Assembly: GCA_047602425.1 (NCBI GenBank) | Contig: JASGHG010000001.1 | Span: 1,312,001 to 1,376,000 of the forward strand | Direction of reading: 5' to 3' | Length of the DNA stretch: 64,000 nt | Origin: Nibricoccus sp. | GTDB taxonomy: Bacteria; Verrucomicrobiota; Verrucomicrobiia; Opitutales; Opitutaceae | Shown here: positions 51,599 through 61,948 of the stretch, one piece after another | How positions within the stretch are numbered: the stretch's first letter is position 1 | How the letters are laid out: every line of letters begins with the position of its first letter | Program-made: the position numbers and the translations under genes | Notes under the pieces: model-generated | The model's input: only the letters and a program-made list of their open reading frames with translations | Database searches by the model: none | What the model was told of the DNA's origin: nothing

Positions 51599-52816
51599 CT
51601 ACTTTGGCACTTCAACCCGCCACACCGAACGGCCGCCACCTTTGTTGGAGGTAAAATAAACGAACTTATCGCCAGGACTATAAATCGGGTGCGGGTGACT
51701 GTCCTGACAATCCCAGAGCGAATGATGCTGGCAGAGCGGCGTCCACTCGATCTGGCCAGCTTCCCAATTCACCTTGAGTTTCGTGATCCATTCGCCGCCC
51801 CAGAGTCCGTTTTCCGGCTCGCCGGCGGGATGCCAATAACCATCCGACACCAACCAATCGCTGTGCACCGTGCCGGCGGTGAAATGGCCGTAGCGCTGAT
51901 ACTCTTTTGGCAGGGCAATCTCGATATTGTCGCCCCCTTCGGGACCGACGCGGCCGATGTAGGCGGTGCCGTCGGCGAATTTGCCGTGATAAATGATATA
52001 TTTGCCGTCAGCGGTCCACATTTCGTGACAGGTCCAATCCTTGCGGCTGCGATTGCCTTCCTCGGTGCGGAGACGGCGATGCGTTTTCCCGTCCCAAAGC
52101 CACAGTCGGCGGATGCCGCAGTCGGACGGCCATTCGTGGTTGTAGAGAATCCAGTCGGGATTCACCGGTGAAAATTGCACGTGCGTAATCCAAGCCTGGG
52201 GCACGCGTTCGCAGGCGATTTGAGCGCCGGTCTCTGTATCGAAAATTCGGATATACGAGTTCAGTTTCTCCGTGCGCACGCGTTCGTCGATGTCGTAGGT
52301 GGGCTTGTCGCTGATGATTTCGTTGCGCTTGCCACCGACAAAATTCTCGCCGGCGCGTTGGCCTTCGACCGTTTCGTCTTCGAGCGCGCGCGCATCCGTC
52401 GTGGGCACGCAGATGCGTTTGCCGTCGGCACTGATGTGCGTGAACGCCGTCACCTGATCGTCGGGGATGTGCGTGAGTATCCGGCGCTGGCGCGAAAAAT
52501 TAACCAAGCAAAGATCGTTTCCTTGCAGGTAATAGACGATGCCGCGCTTCGCATCGAGATTGATGCTGGCCTTGCCGAGGCCCCGCAGCGGATTGCCGCG
52601 AAAGTAAACATAGGATTTCAGCGTGCCATCGCGGTTGAGCGAAAGCTCGCGCTCAACGTTGGTTTTCAGGTTGACCGAAACAATATTGGGATTGCCGTCG
52701 GCCGATTCGCGCACGGCGACGAGGTGGCGGCCGTCGGCCGTCACGCTGGAAGTGGTGAAGTAGAGAAGCTGCGCGGGGCGGCGCACATCGCCTGTCAGCT
52801 GGGCAGGGTCGAGCAT
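51599..52816 (-). CDS. Cytoplasmic oligogalacturonate lyase-like (PL22) beta-propeller
   Basis: LLYFT, HVQFSP..ILYNHE, CHEMW, QDSHPHPIYSP; no signal peptide. Confidence 0.72.
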   Translation of the reverse strand: MLDPAQLTGDVRRPAQLLYFTTSSVTADGRHLVAVRESADGNPNIVSVNLKTNVERELSLNRDGTLKSYVYFRGNPLRGLGKASINLDAKRGIVYYLQGNDLCLVNFSRQRRILTHIPDDQVTAFTHISADGKRICVPTTDARALEDETVEGQRAGENFVGGKRNEIISDKPTYDIDERVRTEKLNSYIRIFDTETGAQIACERVPQAWITHVQFSPVNPDWILYNHEWPSDCGIRRLWLWDGKTHRRLRTEEGNRSRKDWTCHEMWTADGKYIIYHGKFADGTAYIGRVGPEGGDNIEIALPKEYQRYGHFTAGTVHSDWLVSDGYWHPAGEPENGLWGGEWITKLKVNWEAGQIEWTPLCQHHSLWDCQDSHPHPIYSPGDKFVYFTSNKGGGRSVWRVEVPK

Positions 52817-53053
52817 GGAAAGTTACGAAGCAACATGGCATGGGCTCATGCGTTGGCAACCGTGTTTGGGCAAACGCATGCGGTAATAACATTTTCTCAC
52901 CTTCCCGTAACCAATAGCTTCAATCTTGTGTATCAGCCTAAATGAGCCGCAATATCCGCCCATGTCCGCCGCCACGTCCCCAGCGCGCAGCCGCCTGCCC
53001 CGGCCATCCGTCCGGCGTGAAAATTGCGCAACCCTGAGCGGCGCCTTCGATCG

Positions 53054-54004
53054 ATGCGCGATGTGATTATAGCAGCCCGCGGCTTGGGCAAAACTTTCGG
53101 TGCTCAGCGTGCCCTTGTGGACGTAAACATTGCCGTACCGCCCGGCACCATCGGCCTGCTCGGGCCCAACGGCGCCGGCAAGACCACTTTCATCAAGTGC
53201 TTGCTCAACCTTGAGACACCGACAGCCGGAACCGCCACGGTCCTTGGCTGCGAGATCCGCGCGCAAAATCGCGCCTCACGCGAACGCGTCGGCTACAGTC
53301 CAGAACAGGACTGCCACATTCCCGGCATGGCCGGCTGCGAATACGTGACGTATTGCGGGCAACTTTCCGGCATGTCGTTTCAACGCGCCCGCCAGCGCGC
53401 CCATGAAATCCTCGACCTCGTCGGCATGGGCCAGGAACGTTATCGGTCCGTCGACACGTATTCCACCGGCATGAAACAGCGCGTGAAGCTGGCGCAAGCT
53501 CTCGTGCACGACCCCGAGCTCATTATCCTCGACGAACCGACCAACGGTCTCGATGCCTCCGGTCGCGAAAGTATTCTCCAATTGATTGGTTCGCTCTGGA
53601 AACAACTCGGCGTGAGCGTGATGATTTCCTCGCACTTGCTGCACGACATCGAGCGGATTTGCGACCGCGTCATCATCATCGCCGATGGCCGCGTGATCGA
53701 GCACGACAGCATGGAGGCGTTAAAAAATCGCCACCAGCGCATTATCGAACTCGCTCCTTCGAGCGAGGCCGAACGTTTCGTGACCGTCCTGAAAACCGGC
53801 GGTTTTCCCGTCGAAAAACTTTCCAACGGCAAACTCCGCGTCGAGTCGCCCACCGAGTCGGCCGAACCTATTCTCAAACTTATGCGCGCGCACAACCTGC
53901 CGCCCGCCGAAATCGTCGCGAACCGCAATGCCCTCCACGAGCTCTTCGTAAAAGCATTGGCCGCCAGCAAAGAAAGGAGCCCAGCGAATGGAAACCGCAC
54001 TTGA
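53054..54004 (+). CDS. ABC exporter ATP-binding subunit
   Basis: [25 protein letters not shown]. Confidence 0.9.
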   Translation: MRDVIIAARGLGKTFGAQRALVDVNIAVPPGTIGLLGPNGAGKTTFIKCLLNLETPTAGTATVLGCEIRAQNRASRERVGYSPEQDCHIPGMAGCEYVTYCGQLSGMSFQRARQRAHEILDLVGMGQERYRSVDTYSTGMKQRVKLAQALVHDPELIILDEPTNGLDASGRESILQLIGSLWKQLGVSVMISSHLLHDIERICDRVIIIADGRVIEHDSMEALKNRHQRIIELAPSSEAERFVTVLKTGGFPVEKLSNGKLRVESPTESAEPILKLMRAHNLPPAEIVANRNALHELFVKALAASKERSPANGNRT

Positions 54005-54980
54005 TCTCCGTCGTTGGCAGGAAAAACCCGCCGGTGTGAATTACCGCCGTTGGGTGATTGTATCCACTGGGCTGCGACAACTCATGCGGATGCGGGTTTT
54101 CCAAATCCTGATGTTTCTCGCGTGGACCGCCGGGCTGGTTATGGCCATGGCAGGTTTCATTTTCACCCAATCGCTGGCCTCCGGAGGCTGGCTTGAAAGT
54201 TGGGCCATGGAACTCGGCCCCCGCCCACATGCCATCGTCTCGGCCTTCTGCTCGATGGTTCTGCTCTATCCCGACATCGTGATTCACGGGCTTTTTAGTG
54301 CGGTATTCTGGTGGCATTCGATCGTTGGTCTCGGGCTTAGCATGATTGGGCTCTCGATGGTTATACCACGATTGATTGCCCGTGATCGCGCGAGTAATGC
54401 CCTCACGATTTATCTTTCGCGCCCGCTCACTTCGCTCGACTACCTGCTTGGCAAACTCGGCATCATCGTTGGCATTCTTCTGCTGCTTTGGACCGGTCCG
54501 TTGGTTTTTGGCTGGGTGCTGAGCATGGCGTTCGCGCCCAATAGCGAGTTTTTCACCTATTCGCTCACGCCCCTGTTTCGCGCCGGACTTTTCAACCTAA
54601 TATCGCTGGTCACACTCGCCGCCGTGGCGCTTGCTGTTTCTTCGCTCGCAAAAACGACGCGCGCCGTGACGGGGCTCTGGCTCGGCGTCTGGCTTGGCGC
54701 CGGAGTCATTGCCAGCATCCCCACAACGCCAAGCATGATTCGCGCGGCCAGTTTCAGCCGCGATCTGCAGGACGTGCGTCAGGAGCTTTTTAAGCTCGAC
54801 GAAATTTTGGTCAAAGCCGGTCAAACGCTTCCACTGACCGATCGGAATATGGCGAAAAACATGCAAGAGGTGGGCCGCAAGTTTGCCGAGGCGCAATTTC
54901 CCAACTCGCCTTGGGCTGGCCTCACCGTGCTCGTCATTGCCTCAACCTTTGTATTCGCCCGGAGACTACGCCCCGAATGA
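53988..54980 (+). CDS. ABC exporter permease
   Basis: IARDRASNALTIYLSRPLTSLDYLLGK; multiple TM helices. Confidence 0.82.
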   Translation: METALDLRRWQEKPAGVNYRRWVIVSTGLRQLMRMRVFQILMFLAWTAGLVMAMAGFIFTQSLASGGWLESWAMELGPRPHAIVSAFCSMVLLYPDIVIHGLFSAVFWWHSIVGLGLSMIGLSMVIPRLIARDRASNALTIYLSRPLTSLDYLLGKLGIIVGILLLLWTGPLVFGWVLSMAFAPNSEFFTYSLTPLFRAGLFNLISLVTLAAVALAVSSLAKTTRAVTGLWLGVWLGAGVIASIPTTPSMIRAASFSRDLQDVRQELFKLDEILVKAGQTLPLTDRNMAKNMQEVGRKFAEAQFPNSPWAGLTVLVIASTFVFARRLRPE

Positions 54981-55903
54981 ACCCGATCGTCCAAGCTGAA
55001 AATGTAAGCCGCTTTTACGGGCTCTACCTCGGGCTGAACAACGTGACGTTCGCCATCCGACCCGGCATCACCGGCATTGTCGGTCCCAATGGTGCGGGCA
55101 AAACCACGCTCTTCCGCCTGCTCACCGGTCAGATCAAACCTGACTCCGGCACGCTGCGGGTCTTTGGCGACACGCCTTGGAACAATCCACTGGTTCAGGC
55201 TCAGCTCGCCTACTGTCCGGAAAGTGAAGCCGTTCCCGCCGGCATGCGACCGCTCGAATGGCTCATTGCGCTCGCGATGATTTCCGGCCATTCCGCCCGC
55301 CAGGCCGAACAACAAGCCCGCACCATGCTCGCCCGCGTGAAGCTCGCGCCCGAGCATTGGAAAAAACGCGTCACCATGCTCTCCAAAGGCATGAAGCAAC
55401 GCGTGAAACTCGCGCAATGTCTCCTGCATGATCCGAAACTGATCATTCTTGACGAACCAATGAATGGCCTCGACCCGATGGGCCGTGAGGATTTCAGCAA
55501 CGTTCTCCGTGAACTTGCCCGCCAGGGCGTGAGCATCGTCATTTCAAGCCACATTCTGCACGACCTCGAGGCGCTTTGCAGCGAATTCATTCTGCTGCGG
55601 TGGGGCCGCATGGCGCAGGCGGAAAATGAAGCTGCATCGCCCGACGCGCAAAAACGTTGGCCCGCGTCCACGACTTTTCGTTGCGACTCCCCGGAGAAAC
55701 TCGCGCATTACTTCTTCGATAAAAAACTCGTGCGCGGCTTCGACATCGCGAGTGAAGACGAACTGCGGGTGCAATGGCTGGAGGTCGCGCAGTTCTACGG
55801 CGATTTCAATGCGCTGCTTCTCGACAGTGGCGTGCAAATCTACGAAGTGCGCAGTACCGAATCCTTCCTCGAAAAGGCGGCGGGAGCGCCCCACGCGCCA
55901 TGA
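54977..55903 (+). CDS. ABC exporter ATP-binding subunit
   Basis: [30 protein letters not shown] overlap with the previous gene. Confidence 0.9.
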   Translation: MNPIVQAENVSRFYGLYLGLNNVTFAIRPGITGIVGPNGAGKTTLFRLLTGQIKPDSGTLRVFGDTPWNNPLVQAQLAYCPESEAVPAGMRPLEWLIALAMISGHSARQAEQQARTMLARVKLAPEHWKKRVTMLSKGMKQRVKLAQCLLHDPKLIILDEPMNGLDPMGREDFSNVLRELARQGVSIVISSHILHDLEALCSEFILLRWGRMAQAENEAASPDAQKRWPASTTFRCDSPEKLAHYFFDKKLVRGFDIASEDELRVQWLEVAQFYGDFNALLLDSGVQIYEVRSTESFLEKAAGAPHAP

Positions 55904-56712
55904 ACACGCCTCCCCCCCTGCCTTCTCCCGTACCGCCCCCGACGCCCGATTGGCGCCGCGCGCTTGGCGGTGTCTGGCGGTTTACCTATCGCCGATTCCT
56001 GGCGCCAAAGCAGCTCGCCATCCTCGGCGGCTTGTTCGTTTTGCTGGCCTTGCTCGTGCTGTCCGCGCTGCACCACAACCACGAATTACGCCTAAAAAAG
56101 GATTTTGCCGAATGGAGCGTGCAGTTCTACCTGGCCTTCGTCGTTCCCGTGCTCGCATTTCTTTCCGCCGGTGGCGTCATTCGTGACGACATGACACCTG
56201 CCACGGTGGACTACGTGCTCACACGGCCGCTGCGCCGCCATGCATTTGTGCTCTATCGTTATCTCGCGCAAACAACCTGTTTGCAGGTGCAATGTTTACT
56301 CGCTCTGGGCGTTCTGACGGCGGTTGGCATCTATCGGCAGGTTCCCGATCTTTCTGAAACTCTGCCCTCGCTCCTGCTGGCGCAGATCCTCGCCATCCCT
56401 GCCTTTAGCGCGCTGGGGTTTGCGTTTGGGGCCTACTCGAGTCGCTTCCTCGTTTTTGGAATCTTCTACGGCGGCTTGGTCGAAGTCGGTATTGGAAATA
56501 TCCCTACACAGCTTAACAGCCTTTCGATGTCGCATCAGGTGCGCACGATCGCCAGCAGCGTCCTGCCATTCCGCGGCAAAGCCGCGCAGTACGCCGACAG
56601 CCTCCCCTCCGCCATTGGCACGTTACTGGTACTGACTCTCGTATTCCTCGCCCTCGCCGCCGTGCTATTCTCGTTCCGCGAAGCCGCGGGCACGAAACCG
56701 AAGGACGCGTAA
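55900..56712 (+). CDS. ABC exporter permease
   Basis: TVDYVLTRPLRR; six TM helices; ATGA overlap. Confidence 0.82.
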   Translation: MNTPPPLPSPVPPPTPDWRRALGGVWRFTYRRFLAPKQLAILGGLFVLLALLVLSALHHNHELRLKKDFAEWSVQFYLAFVVPVLAFLSAGGVIRDDMTPATVDYVLTRPLRRHAFVLYRYLAQTTCLQVQCLLALGVLTAVGIYRQVPDLSETLPSLLLAQILAIPAFSALGFAFGAYSSRFLVFGIFYGGLVEVGIGNIPTQLNSLSMSHQVRTIASSVLPFRGKAAQYADSLPSAIGTLLVLTLVFLALAAVLFSFREAAGTKPKDA

Positions 56713-56784
56713 TCCCGGCAGTTCAGCTCGCGCCAGCTGTGAAGGGCATGTCGCAACAATTTTAGTCGAATGCGCCTCAAACAA

Positions 56785-56809
56785 GTTTGTCATCTAATAG
56801 ATGACAAAC
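56785..56809. repeat. Single perfect palindrome of the same family
   Basis: GTTTGTCATCTA-A-TAGATGACAAAC. Confidence 0.85.
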
Positions 56810-56872
56810 CGTCTGTTATAGCCAACCAAGGGAATGCGTTGCACTAAGGTGCTCGGCTCATACTTCTCCGGC

Positions 56873-57424
56873 TCAAACACCAGCGGGCAGCAGACGATTC
56901 ACCAGCAGGCGGGTCTCGTCGGCGAGTTTGTGCTCGGGGAAGAAGCGCGCGTAGGTGCTTTCCACCGAATCGAGGGAGCCGAGGCCCGCTTTTTCGATGA
57001 GAAAGGCGAGATCGTGGTGATCGGCGGTCGCCGGCACGACCTGCCCCTGGCAAAGATGCAATTTCATTGCGAGCAGATGCTCTGGTTCGGCCATCGACAA
57101 CACTAAGCTAGGACCAAATTCCTGCAAATGCGGCTGCCCTCGGGCCGCCGTGAGCGCGAGGTAGAACTTCACATCTTCTTCCAGCCAGTCGGCGGGCAGA
57201 CGCTGCTCGCTGGCAACCTGGCGCACGAGAGCGGCGGCGCGAGCGCTCGACTCGACAGCTTTGGCGGCTGAAGTTTGAACGTCGCGTGAGACCGCGTAAA
57301 CCACGGTGATGATCTGGCCGTGGCAGAGCGCCACTTCGAGGGCGACCTTTTCGTTATCGGCAAGCTCGGCCAGACGGCGAAGCGCGCGGTTGATGCGGCG
57401 GGGGGACATTATGCTGTAGGGCAT
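56873..57424 (-). CDS. Nucleotidyltransferase-fold (DUF6036-like) protein with degenerate catalytic motifs
   Basis: RALRRLAEL...VASEQRLPADWLEEDVK...PEHLLAMKL...D..DL; the expected GG and DxD read HG and DVQ. Confidence 0.55.
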   Translation of the reverse strand: MPYSIMSPRRINRALRRLAELADNEKVALEVALCHGQIITVVYAVSRDVQTSAAKAVESSARAAALVRQVASEQRLPADWLEEDVKFYLALTAARGQPHLQEFGPSLVLSMAEPEHLLAMKLHLCQGQVVPATADHHDLAFLIEKAGLGSLDSVESTYARFFPEHKLADETRLLVNRLLPAGV

Positions 57425-57428
57425 GCGA

Positions 57429-58190
57429 TTATTCTCCTGTAAGATGGTTAATGTTGGAGCGGACCGACTGGCGCAAAGGCGCGTTGGGCAGATCGTGCAG
57501 CAGGGCATTCTGCGAGCGATGATGCTGTCGGCGCTCGATGTGCTTGAAAATCGCGTAACCCAGCCCGGTGCACCCGGCGAGGGTCGCAGGGAACAGCAAG
57601 GTGCTGTAACCAATCTTTGAATACCCAATTGCGCCAAGCCAGGCGCCTGACATGAAGCCGGTGAGCAGGATACCGTACAATTGCAGACGCCTCCATTCGA
57701 CCTGCTGGCCGCGCAGCAAGTGGCCGCAAGCGATTCCGAGGTCGGTCACGATGCCCGTAACATGGGTCGTTCGAATGATTGCCCCGCTATAGCTTGTGGC
57801 CATGGCGTTTTGGAGTCCGCAGGCCATGGCGGCAAAATAGTCTCCGGCGCGCAAATCCTGCCGCAACAAATGCACTGCGGCAAAAAGAAGCACCGATTCG
57901 ATGGCGAGCACAAAGCCATAGCGCCGGCCCGCCTTCAAGGTGGACTGACGCGTGATAAAACCGCTTAGTAGCGCACCCAGAAAAAACGCAAGAACAACGC
58001 TGACCGTATGTAGAATCAGCAGAGGATCACGCGCTGCGAGATCGATGCCCAGCATCGTGACCGTGCCCGACATATGGCTGACAGCCTGGTGAAACACGCC
58101 GAGCAGGCCGATCGAGTTGATGCAGCCGCCAATCAGCGACAGCGAGAAGCCTCCGATGAGGATCCAAATTGGTATTTCTTTTTTAAACAT
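57429..58190 (-). CDS. YoaK/DUF1275 family membrane protein
   Basis: VSHMSG, MACGLQNA, IRTTHVTGIVTDLG. Confidence 0.88.
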   Translation of the reverse strand: MFKKEIPIWILIGGFSLSLIGGCINSIGLLGVFHQAVSHMSGTVTMLGIDLAARDPLLILHTVSVVLAFFLGALLSGFITRQSTLKAGRRYGFVLAIESVLLFAAVHLLRQDLRAGDYFAAMACGLQNAMATSYSGAIIRTTHVTGIVTDLGIACGHLLRGQQVEWRRLQLYGILLTGFMSGAWLGAIGYSKIGYSTLLFPATLAGCTGLGYAIFKHIERRQHHRSQNALLHDLPNAPLRQSVRSNINHLTGE

Positions 58191-58439
58191 GGAAATTCCT
58201 TGAATGAAAATAGCGCGACGCCTTGGAGCGACCGGCACAACAACCGGTCTCTGCTCCCAACGTGGGCGTTCGTTTTAGCGTGGGCTCAGCAGCAGCCCTC
58301 CCCGCGGAATATCATGGGAGCGGGGCGGCTCAGTTTCGCTGGACAGATGGCATGCCGGGGTATTCCGCGCGACGGCGAAGTCGCGCTGGCGTGCAGGGAA
58401 GAGCGCCTTTGGCGCTTTGAAGTAGTTGAGATGTTCATC

Positions 58440-60194
58440 TCAGGAAAGGGAAACTGGAGCGGCGCCTGGCTGTACGCCGTGGTGTTTGCGCAGGACTTCG
58501 CGAGCGCGGACGAGCGCGTCGTCGAAGTGGGCACGGATGTTGGGACGGCCGATCTTTTCGATAAAACCCGCCTTCGCCAAAAGCTGGAGCGGCTGGCGAT
58601 GCGGACCGCTCAAGATCACGACGCCACCCGCCGCATGAATGCGCTCGACGATGCTTTCGAGCGCATTGAGCGCCGTGGCGTCCATCGCCGGAACCAGTTG
58701 CATGCGCAAAATGAGCACGCGCGGAAGCTTCTCGATGCGCAGCAGGGCGTTTTCCATCTTTTCAGCCGCACCAAAGAAGAAAGGGCCAAATATCCGGTAA
58801 ACCAATACGCCTTCGGGGATCTCCTTGCCATGCGCGACTTGCTCCTGCGTTTCGAGTTCGTCATGCGTGGTCACGAGGGAAATCTCCGTGGTGTCCGCCA
58901 TGCGTCGGATGAAAAGCATCGCCGCGAGCACCATGCCGACTTCGACGGCCACCACGAGATCGAAGATCACCGTGAGCGCCATGGTCGTCACGAGCACGAG
59001 CGCGTCGCTGCGCGGCATTTGTTTGAGCCGGGCCAGTTCGTGCCATTCGCCCATCCGATATGCGACCATCACAAGCACCGCCGCAATCGCGGCCATGGGC
59101 ACAAATTGCGCATACCTGGGAAAAACGAGCACAATCAACAGCAGTGTGACGGCGTGGACAATGCCGGCGACGGGCGTGCGTCCGCCGCTGCGAATATTGG
59201 CCGAGGTTCGCGCAATCGCGCCCGTTGCGGGCAAACCACAGAAAAAGGGACAAACAATATTGGCCAGGCCCTGCGCAATGAGCTCGGTGTTCGCATCGTG
59301 CTTGTCGTTCACGAGGCTGTCCGCCACGACCGCGGAAAGCAGGGATTCGATGGCGCCGAGCAGTGCGATCGTGGTGGCGGGCGCGATCAGATCGCGCATG
59401 CGGGCAATCGAAAACGTCGGCAGGGTTAGCGGTGGCAAATGTTGCGGGATGGCGGCAGGACCGAACTTCGAGCCCACCGTCGCGACATGATAAATGCTTT
59501 CCCAATTGAGAAAACTCACTGCGGCGGTCGCGCCGATCAACGCGATGATCGAGCCCGGCAAACGGCGCCAACCGAAGCGCGGCCAGATATAGATGAATAG
59601 CGCGCAACAAACGCCGACGATCGCAGTCAGCGGATTGATTTGCGGGATGTTGCGGAGGAGCCAGGGGATCTTCTCAAGGAATTCGCGCGGTGGCGTCGTA
59701 GAAGTTTGGATACCGACAAATTCCGCCGCCTGGCTGGCCATGATCGTGATCGCGATGCCCGTCGTAAAACCACTCGTCACCGGGTAAGGAATGAATTTGA
59801 TCAGCGTGCCCATCCGCGTGATGCCCATGACGAGCAGAATCGCGCCGGCCATGATGGTCGCGAGCAGCAGACCATCGTAACCGTAACGTTCGATGATCAG
59901 CAAAACGACCGGAATAAACGCCGCGGTCGGTCCGCCGATTTGCACCCGGCTGCCGCCAAAGGCCGAAATGATAAAACCCGCGATGATCGCCGTGAACAAA
60001 CCGACCGCCGGCCCGGGGAATGGCGTGGCCACCCCCGCCGGAATGCTTGCCACACCAAGCGCCAGTGCCAAAGGCAGCGCAATCAGTCCCACCGTCACGC
60101 CAGACAACCCGTCGCGAACCAATTCCGCGCGTCCGTATTTCTCGCGAGCAAGTTCGACGATGCGTGGCTGAAAACGTGCTCCAAAAAATTTCAT
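58440..60194 (-). CDS. SulP/SLC26 anion permease with STAS domain
   Basis: GVTVGLIALPLALA, QIGGPTAAF, IESLLSAVVAD, PATGAIART, GPFFFGAA (STAS). Confidence 0.93.
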   Translation of the reverse strand: MKFFGARFQPRIVELAREKYGRAELVRDGLSGVTVGLIALPLALALGVASIPAGVATPFPGPAVGLFTAIIAGFIISAFGGSRVQIGGPTAAFIPVVLLIIERYGYDGLLLATIMAGAILLVMGITRMGTLIKFIPYPVTSGFTTGIAITIMASQAAEFVGIQTSTTPPREFLEKIPWLLRNIPQINPLTAIVGVCCALFIYIWPRFGWRRLPGSIIALIGATAAVSFLNWESIYHVATVGSKFGPAAIPQHLPPLTLPTFSIARMRDLIAPATTIALLGAIESLLSAVVADSLVNDKHDANTELIAQGLANIVCPFFCGLPATGAIARTSANIRSGGRTPVAGIVHAVTLLLIVLVFPRYAQFVPMAAIAAVLVMVAYRMGEWHELARLKQMPRSDALVLVTTMALTVIFDLVVAVEVGMVLAAMLFIRRMADTTEISLVTTHDELETQEQVAHGKEIPEGVLVYRIFGPFFFGAAEKMENALLRIEKLPRVLILRMQLVPAMDATALNALESIVERIHAAGGVVILSGPHRQPLQLLAKAGFIEKIGRPNIRAHFDDALVRAREVLRKHHGVQPGAAPVSLS

Positions 60195-60401
60195 CGCGTT
60201 TGCCACCCGCTTTCCGTGGCAACGCTCGTCAGCCCGGCGCCGAAGGGCGTAATCGCTTGGTCTTCTGCGCGCGACGACCAATGCAGCCCCGCAAGAAAAT
60301 TTTTCCTTGCCGACCGACGACCGCCCATCCGAATCAAACTTCGCTGAATCAGCGAGCGATGCGTTTGGAAAGTGTCCTTCAGTGGCATGAGCCTTGTATA
60401 A

Positions 60402-60416
60402 GCGGAAGTCCTGCCA
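60402..60416 (-). promoter_or_regulatory. Weak candidate sigma-54 promoter facing SulP
   Basis: Minus strand TGGCAGGACTTCCGC has GG-N10-GC spacing but lacks TT before GC. Confidence 0.25.
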
Positions 60417-60553
60417 ATCTTTGGCGCTTAAGTTTAAGACCCTCATTATCCGCTGCATAAACATTTCAAAATGGCCACAATTAGCCAAACTTGGCTCTGG
60501 AAAACCTGCTAATCTGCAATTTTTGCATCGCATATATCGCATTTTTTGCAGTC

Positions 60554-61948
60554 ATGGAGTTCGTGAATCATGCCGCCATCACCGTCGCCGTTTTGGACCG
60601 CAATGCCGAGGATCTCTCAAAGCTCACGGCGATTTTGGAAGATGTTGGCTACAGAGTGCTCGCCTCGTCGACCGAGGCGCACATCGAGCGCTATGCCGCC
60701 ACCGAACCGCTTAACCTTATCGTCAAGGGCTTCGATGCCGGTCACGCCGACGTGCCCGATTTTTTTAAACGCATCCGCGCGCTCTCCCCGGACACCGAAT
60801 TTATTTTGTGCGGACGCGGTGGTTCGGTAGCTGAAGCGATCGAAGCCATGCATCAGGGCGCGCGCGACTATTTGGTCAAGCCCGTGCAACCCGAAGCGCT
60901 GCAGGCCGCCGTCGAGCGCGCGTTGGAACGTCAGGCGCTCGTTGCCGAGGACCCGAAACTGCGTAGGAGTCTGAAGCGCCGCAGTTCTCCCGACGTGTTT
61001 GTCGGCACCAGCGTCCGCATGCGCAGCATCGCTGAAACCGTCGCCGAAGTTGCAACGACCAACGTGCCGATTTTGGTCACTGGCGACAGCGGCACAGGCA
61101 AGGAACTCGTCGCCCACGCGCTGCACGATCGCAGCCTGCGCAAACACGGGCCGTTCGTTGCGATCAATTGCGCCGGACTGCCCGACAATCTCATCGAGTC
61201 GGAACTTTTCGGCCACATTCGCGGCGCATTTACCGGCGCGATCAACGACCGTCCCGGCGCCTTTCAACACGCCAACGGCGGCACGCTCTTCCTCGACGAA
61301 ATCGGCGATCTCAGCCTGAAGGGCCAGGGCGATTTGCTTCGTGTCTTGGAAGACGGTGTGTTTCGCCCCGTGGGCAGCACGCGTTCCATTCGCGCCGACG
61401 TCCGCATCGTGGCCGCGACGAATCGCGACTTGGTGCGTTTCGGACACGAAGGCCGTTTCCGCGAAGATCTGCTCTTTCGACTCAACATCGTCGAACTCCA
61501 TCTGCCGCCCTTGCGCGAACGTCCCGAGGACATCCCCGCGCTGGTCGAGTCGTTCAATACGCACTTTTCCGCGCGTCACGGCCGCCGGAAAAAAGTTTTT
61601 ACCGATGAATTTCTCGCCGTGTTGATGCGGCACCGCTGGCCGGGCAACATCCGTCAGCTGCGAAATCTGATCGAACGTTTGGTGGTAACAGTTCGTTCGA
61701 GTCAGATCGGTCCCGAGCACGCGCCGCCTTTGCCGGCCGCTGTCGCCGCCGAAGGCGCACCCGCGCTTTTCACCGTGCAATCCGGCATGAGCATCCCCGA
61801 GGTCGAGTCGCGCCTCATTCGGGAAACCCTGACGCGTGTGACCAGCAACCGTCGCGAAGCCGCGCAAATTCTTGGCCTCAGCCCCCGCGCCCTCGCCTAC
61901 AAAATCAAACTTTTGCACATCGCGCCCCCGCCGCCCCGTCAAATTTGA
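60554..61948 (+). CDS. Sigma-54-dependent activator (NtrC family) with atypical receiver domain
   Basis: GDSGTGKE, GAFTGA, LFLDEIG, WPGNIRQL, Fis-type HTH. Confidence 0.93.
   Translation: MEFVNHAAITVAVLDRNAEDLSKLTAILEDVGYRVLASSTEAHIERYAATEPLNLIVKGFDAGHADVPDFFKRIRALSPDTEFILCGRGGSVAEAIEAMHQGARDYLVKPVQPEALQAAVERALERQALVAEDPKLRRSLKRRSSPDVFVGTSVRMRSIAETVAEVATTNVPILVTGDSGTGKELVAHALHDRSLRKHGPFVAINCAGLPDNLIESELFGHIRGAFTGAINDRPGAFQHANGGTLFLDEIGDLSLKGQGDLLRVLEDGVFRPVGSTRSIRADVRIVAATNRDLVRFGHEGRFREDLLFRLNIVELHLPPLRERPEDIPALVESFNTHFSARHGRRKKVFTDEFLAVLMRHRWPGNIRQLRNLIERLVVTVRSSQIGPEHAPPLPAAVAAEGAPALFTVQSGMSIPEVESRLIRETLTRVTSNRREAAQILGLSPRALAYKIKLLHIAPPPPRQI

Noticed and set aside
58191..58439. Possible riboswitch between SulP and YoaK
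   Set aside because: Several GC hairpins but no recognisable aptamer consensus; needs an Rfam scan
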